Below, piece after piece: positions 59,346-64,000 of a DNA stretch of 64,000 nt. Source of the stretch: Candidatus Wenzhouxiangella sp. M2_3B_020. GTDB taxonomy: Bacteria > Pseudomonadota > Gammaproteobacteria > Xanthomonadales > Wenzhouxiangellaceae. The stretch covers positions 8,164-72,163 of the forward strand of contig JBPRGD010000097.1 in NCBI GenBank assembly GCA_051428125.1, given 5' to 3'. Positions within the stretch are counted from its first letter, which is position 1. Each line of letters starts with the position of its first letter. Both the position numbers and the translations under genes were made by a program. The notes under the pieces are model-generated. The model did not search any database and was not told where the DNA came from. It worked only from the letters and a program-made list of their open reading frames with translations.

Positions 59346-60025
59346 CTGGCGAATCGCTCCTCGAGCCAGCGATCCAGGGACATGATTTCCTCGGGACTCA
59401 CCGCGTGCTGCATCGGCCATTCGCTCCAGTCCACCTCCACGCGTCGCTCGGCCAGTCGCCGGGCGGCGTCCCTGCCCAACGCGACCGGCACGACCGGGTC
59501 GTGCGAGCCGTGGGCCATGAAGACCGGCGTGGACGCTCCCGACTCGGTCATCCAGTCGTCCATCGACCCGGCCTCGAGCAGGTAGCACGACAGCGCGACA
59601 AGGCCGCCGAGTCCCTGCTCACGGGCAAGGCCGGTGCGCAGCGCGACGGCGCCGCCCTGCGAGAATCCCGCCAGCAGCAGGTTATCGGGCGCGATCCCGC
59701 CCTCGAGCTGGTCCTGGAGCAGCCGCTCGACCTGGTTCATGGATTGCCGTATGCCTTCCGTATCCTGGTCGCGGGCGATTTCGATGCCCAGGATGTCGTA
59801 CCAGGCGCGCATTCTCATGCCGCCGTTGACGGTCACCGGCCGGACCGGCGCATGGGGGAAAACGAACCGGACCGGGCGGCTTTGCGCCGAACGGAGCTGC
59901 GGTACAATCGGCGCGAAATCGTGACCGTCGGCGCCCAGGCCGTGAAGCCAGACGACCGCGTGTTCCGGCTCGGGGCCGGTTTCGGTCACGACGCACTCGA
60001 GCCTTTCTGTTTCGGTAGACGTCAT
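59342..60025 (-). CDS. Alpha/beta hydrolase (carboxylesterase/phospholipase, EstB-like)
   Basis: WLHGLGADGHDF, MRAWYDI, GFSQGG, HGSHDPVV, MQHAVSPEE. Confidence 0.93.
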   Translation of the reverse strand: MTSTETERLECVVTETGPEPEHAVVWLHGLGADGHDFAPIVPQLRSAQSRPVRFVFPHAPVRPVTVNGGMRMRAWYDILGIEIARDQDTEGIRQSMNQVERLLQDQLEGGIAPDNLLLAGFSQGGAVALRTGLAREQGLGGLVALSCYLLEAGSMDDWMTESGASTPVFMAHGSHDPVVPVALGRDAARRLAERRVEVDWSEWPMQHAVSPEEIMSLDRWLEERFAR

Positions 60026-60197
60026 GCGAAGGATTCTAACCGCGGCTGCCGCGCTTCTGTCGGCAGGCCTGATTCTGCTCCCGCTCGGCGGATGCGGTCT
60101 CAAGGGCGACCTGGTCCTGCCCGAAGCCGAGACCGCGAACGAGGACGCGGCGGACGGGGACGGACATCGCGACGACGAGCGGTCCGGTGATGGCTGA
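60024..60197 (+). CDS. lptM: LPS translocon maturation lipoprotein LptM (YifL/LppL), 57 aa; absent from the ORF track
   Basis: Manual translation MRRILTAAAALLSAGLILLPLGG-CGLKGDLVLPE... matches the CGxKGxLxLP motif; upstream of dapF. Confidence 0.85.
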   Translation: MRRILTAAAALLSAGLILLPLGGCGLKGDLVLPEAETANEDAADGDGHRDDERSGDG

Positions 60198-60870
60198 GCG
60201 TCTCGATCGGACGCCGGAACCGGAACTCATGGACACGCCGGCGCAGGTTCGCGCCTACGCCGGGGCCGATTTCGCCGAGTCGAACCAGTGGTTCGTCGAC
60301 CGACTAGCCGAACAGCTCGAGGCCGAAGCGATCGCGCCCGGGCGCCTGGTCGACCTGGGATGCGGGCCGGGAGACATCTGCATCCGCGCCGCCCGCGCGC
60401 TGCCGGAGTGGACGATCGAGGGCGTGGACGCAGGACCCAACATGCTCGATTTCGCGCGCGACGAAGTGCAGCGCGCCGGGCTCGCCGATCGCATCGCGCT
60501 GACGCTCGCCCGGCTGCCGGACCCGCTCGACGGCCGGGTCTACGACTGCGTGATCTCCAACAGCCTGCTCCATCACCTTCCCGACCCGGGCGTTCTCTGG
60601 ACAGGCATCGCCCGCCTGGCCGCGCCGGGCGCCTGGATCCAGGTCATGGATCTCGAGCGCCCCGACACGCGGGACGAGGCCAACGCGCTCGTCGAGCGCT
60701 ACGCCGCCGACGAACCGGAGGTGCTGCGCGCCGACTTCCGCAACAGTCTTCATGCCGCCTGGCGCGTCGACGAGGTGCGCGAGCAGTTGCGGGAGGCCGG
60801 CCTGCAGCTGGAATGCGAGCCGGTATCCGATCGGCACTGGATGGTCCGCGGTCGCACGGGCTCGCACTGA
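60190..60870 (+). CDS. Class I SAM-dependent methyltransferase
   Basis: RTPEPELMD, LVDLGCGPGDI, GVDAGPNML, ISNSLLHH, DLERP. Confidence 0.9.
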   Translation: MAERLDRTPEPELMDTPAQVRAYAGADFAESNQWFVDRLAEQLEAEAIAPGRLVDLGCGPGDICIRAARALPEWTIEGVDAGPNMLDFARDEVQRAGLADRIALTLARLPDPLDGRVYDCVISNSLLHHLPDPGVLWTGIARLAAPGAWIQVMDLERPDTRDEANALVERYAADEPEVLRADFRNSLHAAWRVDEVREQLREAGLQLECEPVSDRHWMVRGRTGSH

Positions 60871-61682
60871 TGGGGCGGCTTCCGGCCGGCCTGGAATTCG
60901 CGAAGCTCGAAGCGCTGGGCAACGATTTCGTTCTCGTCGATGCCCGGCGCGAGCTCCTGGAGTTCGATACCTCGACCGTTCGCGCCATCGCCTCCCGGCG
61001 CAGAGGCATCGGCTGCGATCAGGTCCTGGTTCTCCGCGACGGCGGCGAAGCCCGCCGCCTCGAGGTCGACATCTTCAACGCCGATGGCTCCGGCGCCGAG
61101 CAGTGCGGCAACGGCATGCGCGCGATCGCGGCCTGGCTTGCCGGACGCTCCGAGCTCGCCGGCACCGTCGAACTGTCCACACCGGCCGGTACGGTGCACG
61201 TTCGCCACGACGGCGACGGACGATTCGAAGCCGATCTTCCCGGTCCAGTCCCGGGCACGCCGCGGGAACTCGGCCTGCCGCCGCTACCCGATGAACTATC
61301 CGGCGGCATGCTGCTCACGATGGGCAACCCCCACCTCGTCGTCTTCGGCGACCACGCTCCCACGTCCGACGCGCTGGGCGAAATCGTGGAACGGCTGGAG
61401 CGGGAAGCCGAGTGGCGCAACCGCGTCAATGTCGGACTCGCGTACCGGGCGGGTTCGGGCCGGATCGAGTTGCGGGTTCACGAACGCGGCGCCGGTCCGA
61501 CGCTCGCCTGCGGGAGCGGCGCCTGTGCCGCGGCGCGGGCGGCGGCGGAGCGCGACCGCGCATCCGGCGCGAAGATCGTGGTGGAGCAACCGGGCGGTCG
61601 GCTTGTGGTAGATTTTGCGACGCCGGAACGCGTCGTCACCCGTGGCCCGGCACACGTCGTATTCGAGGGACGCGTCGCATGA
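60870..61682 (+). CDS. dapF: Diaminopimelate epimerase
   Basis: ALGNDFV, GIGCDQ, EQCGNGMR, MGNPH, ERGAGPTLACGSGACA. Confidence 0.95.
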   Translation: MGRLPAGLEFAKLEALGNDFVLVDARRELLEFDTSTVRAIASRRRGIGCDQVLVLRDGGEARRLEVDIFNADGSGAEQCGNGMRAIAAWLAGRSELAGTVELSTPAGTVHVRHDGDGRFEADLPGPVPGTPRELGLPPLPDELSGGMLLTMGNPHLVVFGDHAPTSDALGEIVERLEREAEWRNRVNVGLAYRAGSGRIELRVHERGAGPTLACGSGACAAARAAAERDRASGAKIVVEQPGGRLVVDFATPERVVTRGPAHVVFEGRVA

Positions 61683-62362
61683 GTGAATCCAGAGTCACCG
61701 AGGAGCAGGTCGCAGACTGGCTGCGCTCCAACCCCGATCTGCTGACCAGGCATCCGGACCTGCTGGCCGACCTTCGAATTCCGCACGAGTCCGGCGCGGC
61801 TTCCCTGATCGAACGCCAGGTCGAGGTCCTTCGCGCCGACAACGAGCGGCTGCAGCGCCAGCTCAAGCACCTGAGCAGCGTGGCCGGCGAGAACGAACGC
61901 CTGATGAAGCGATTGCACCGGCTTTCGCTGGCCCTGGTTTCCGCCGAAACCGACGACGCGCTGCTGGAGCGCCTCGAAGACCGCCTCTGCAGGAACTTCC
62001 GCGCCGACGCCGTGCGCCTGCTGATCGACGACGACGCCCGGCATTCCGGCGCGTCGATCGCCCGGCGACTCCCGGACCCGCGGCCGGAATGGCTGGAGCG
62101 CCTGCTTCGGACCGGGGAGCCCCTCTGCGGCCGCCTGACGCGGGACAAGCGCGAAGTCGTGTTCGGCAGCACGGCCGACGGGATCGGATCCGCCGCGCTG
62201 GTGCCCCTGGCGCCGGATTCGCTGCTCGCGATCGGGGCGACGGCCGACGAGCGCTTTCACCCGGACATGGGCACGCTGTTCCTTGAATTGCTGCGAGACG
62301 CGCTGCGGTTCCGGCTCGGCATGGACGAAACCGCGTCGGAGCGGGAACGCGCCCGCGCCTAG
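61679..62362 (+). CDS. DUF484 (YigA) family protein
   Basis: VADWLRSNPD, SLIERQVEVLR, GSAALVPL, RFHPDMGTLFL; dapF-yigA-xerC order. Confidence 0.9.
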   Translation: MSESRVTEEQVADWLRSNPDLLTRHPDLLADLRIPHESGAASLIERQVEVLRADNERLQRQLKHLSSVAGENERLMKRLHRLSLALVSAETDDALLERLEDRLCRNFRADAVRLLIDDDARHSGASIARRLPDPRPEWLERLLRTGEPLCGRLTRDKREVVFGSTADGIGSAALVPLAPDSLLAIGATADERFHPDMGTLFLELLRDALRFRLGMDETASERERARA

Positions 62363-62374
62363 CCCGCCTCCGCC

Positions 62375-63289
62375 GTGCCCGGAGAAGAATCCCTCCTGCA
62401 GTCCCGCATCGACGCCTTCCTCGACGATTGTCGCCGCCGCGGCCGATTGGCCGACGCCAGTCTGAAGGCTTACGCGCGCGATCTTGCCCGACTTGCGCAC
62501 TGGTGCCGGAGCCAGGGACTGGACGATGCTTGCGAGGTCAGTGCCGTCCACCTGCGCGGCTTCGCGGCCAGCATGTCGCGCGCCGGTCTGGACCCTCGCA
62601 CGATCCAGCGGCATCTCTCGGCGGTCCGGAAATTCTTCGGCTTCCTGGTCGAAGCCGGCGAACTCTCCGCAAATCCCGCCGGCGACCTCAAGGCCCCGCG
62701 CGGACGGCGCAAGCTGCCGCGTACGCTGGATCCGGACCAGGTACTGCAGCTACTGGAGATCGAGGGGGATTCGCCATTGGACGTCCGCGACCGGGCGATG
62801 CTGGAACTCTGCTATTCGTCGGGTCTGCGGGTCAGCGAACTGGCCGACGTTCGCTGGGACCGCCTGGACCTCCAGGAAGGGCTGTTGCGGGTCGTCGGCA
62901 AGGGCAACAAGGAACGTATCGTGCCGGTGGGCCGCCACGCGGTCGGCGCGCTCGAGCGATGGCGCGCCGCGGCGGTTTCGTTTGCCGACTGCGACTCTGC
63001 CTGGGTATTCGTCACGCGGCGCGGGACGCCGATGGGCGTGCGCGCCATCCAGAAGCGGATTGCGCAGCGCGCGAGAAGCCAGGGACTGGGCCAGCACGTC
63101 CACCCCCACCAGCTCCGGCACTCGTTCGCATCGCACATCCTGGAATCGTCAGGGGACCTGCGCGCCGTCCAGGAGCTTCTGGGTCACGCCAACCTCTCCA
63201 CGACGCAGATCTACACGCACCTGGACTTCCAGCATCTCGCGGAAGTCTACGACCGCACGCACCCGCGCGCCCGGAAGGGAAAGGGCTGA
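62375..63289 (+). CDS. xerC: Tyrosine recombinase XerC
   Basis: RDRAMLELCYSSGLRVSEL, GKGNKER, HPHQLRHSFASH, LLGHANLSTTQIYTH. Confidence 0.95.
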   Translation: MPGEESLLQSRIDAFLDDCRRRGRLADASLKAYARDLARLAHWCRSQGLDDACEVSAVHLRGFAASMSRAGLDPRTIQRHLSAVRKFFGFLVEAGELSANPAGDLKAPRGRRKLPRTLDPDQVLQLLEIEGDSPLDVRDRAMLELCYSSGLRVSELADVRWDRLDLQEGLLRVVGKGNKERIVPVGRHAVGALERWRAAAVSFADCDSAWVFVTRRGTPMGVRAIQKRIAQRARSQGLGQHVHPHQLRHSFASHILESSGDLRAVQELLGHANLSTTQIYTHLDFQHLAEVYDRTHPRARKGKG

Positions 63290-63296
63290 GGCGGTT

Positions 63297-63527
63297 TCAG
63301 ACGTCGATCTCCAGCGTACGCATGAGGGCGTGGTAGACGTTTCGCGCGCGTGACTCGAACGCCTCGGGCACCTGGACGCGGACGGCGCTGTAACTGCTCT
63401 GCACGCCGAGCAGCGTCGCGAATCCCTCGCTGCCCAGGTGCACGGGAATGTCTTCGGATTCGAACTTCATGCGCACGACCTGGGCCAGCGACGGGTCGTG
63501 CAGTTTGGCAATGGTGACCAGGGCCAA
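63297..63527 (-). CDS. Small DUF2007-like protein
   Basis: GGAG SD then TTG; MALVTIAKLHDPSLAQVVRMKFESEDIPVHL...VRVQVPE...RAR. Confidence 0.65.
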   Translation of the reverse strand: MALVTIAKLHDPSLAQVVRMKFESEDIPVHLGSEGFATLLGVQSSYSAVRVQVPEAFESRARNVYHALMRTLEIDV

Positions 63528-63582
63528 TGGGGGTCTCCGCAGAAGATGATCTACTGTATCGCGCCGTCGTCGACGCGGGTGA

Positions 63583-64000
63583 TCACTGCCCGCCCCGGAC
63601 GTGGTCGACCAGGTGCTGGACATTGAGTTGAAGCTGGACCCTGCCGCGAAACCTGTTGACTTCCAGACGATACGTGACGTGGAACGGTTCGGGCAGTTCC
63701 TGATGGGCAAGCGCCCCGGCGCGAAACGCGATCGCATCGACCGGCGGCCCGCCCGCTTCCGGCTCCAGCACCATCTTCAAGTGCTTGCCGCCGACGACGC
63801 GTCGGTCGATCACCCTGAAACGTCCGTCGAACAACGGTTCCTCCCAGCCCTGCCCCCAGGGCCCGGCTTCGGTGATCGCACGCGCCGTTTCGAGGCTCAG
63901 TTCGGCCGGCGCCAGCGAACCGTCGCTGACGACCTCCTCGGCGCCGAACCGAAAACGGCTCACCCGCTCGTCGAACGCCGCTTCGAAACGTTCGATGTTG
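63583..64000 (-). CDS. recJ: Single-stranded DNA exonuclease RecJ (C-terminal part; 5' end outside the window)
   Basis: AGPWGQGWEEPLFDG, VGGKHLK, DAIAF, YRLEVNRFRG. Confidence 0.92.
   Translation of the reverse strand, partial: NIERFEAAFDERVSRFRFGAEEVVSDGSLAPAELSLETARAITEAGPWGQGWEEPLFDGRFRVIDRRVVGGKHLKMVLEPEAGGPPVDAIAFRAGALAHQELPEPFHVTYRLEVNRFRGRVQLQLNVQHLVDHVRGGQ

Noticed and set aside
62375-63289. Tyrosine recombinase as a phage or island integrase
   Set aside because: It is housekeeping XerC in the canonical dapF-yigA-xerC context, with no att sites or cargo seen.

Overview
A GC-rich gammaproteobacterial chromosome segment. The gene order and the many acidic secreted proteins suggest Wenzhouxiangella/Xanthomonadales-like affinity (inference). 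It is mostly core genome: dnaB (partial), rplI-rpsR-rpsF with an S6:S18 leader, mltD, rnr-rlmB, greB, rimO, pmbA-tldD-yhdP-rng-maf-rlmH-rsfS, gor, a full ccmABCDEFGHI operon, sucCD, pilSR, hemCDXY, lptM-dapF-DUF484-xerC and recJ (partial). I saw no mobile element, CRISPR array, rRNA or tRNA. The most interesting accessory items are: (1) a translationally coupled pair of a sensor-less, non-RD Hanks Ser/Thr kinase and a 726-aa protein whose degenerate GGDEF domain keeps the RxxD I-site, a candidate c-di-GMP/phosphorylation module; (2) a ~170-nt structured sRNA candidate with its own promoter, C-rich loop and intrinsic terminator inserted between hemC and hemD; (3) FNR-type class II promoters before ccmD and before a Dnr-like regulator; (4) two divergent genes whose start codons share one CATG; (5) a recurring -10-N7-ATG pattern suggesting leaderless mRNAs; (6) an ECF sigma/anti-sigma/protease-less PDZ operon; (7) a secreted DUF11/DUF7507-repeat protein. 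All product calls come from motif recognition by eye, with no database search.
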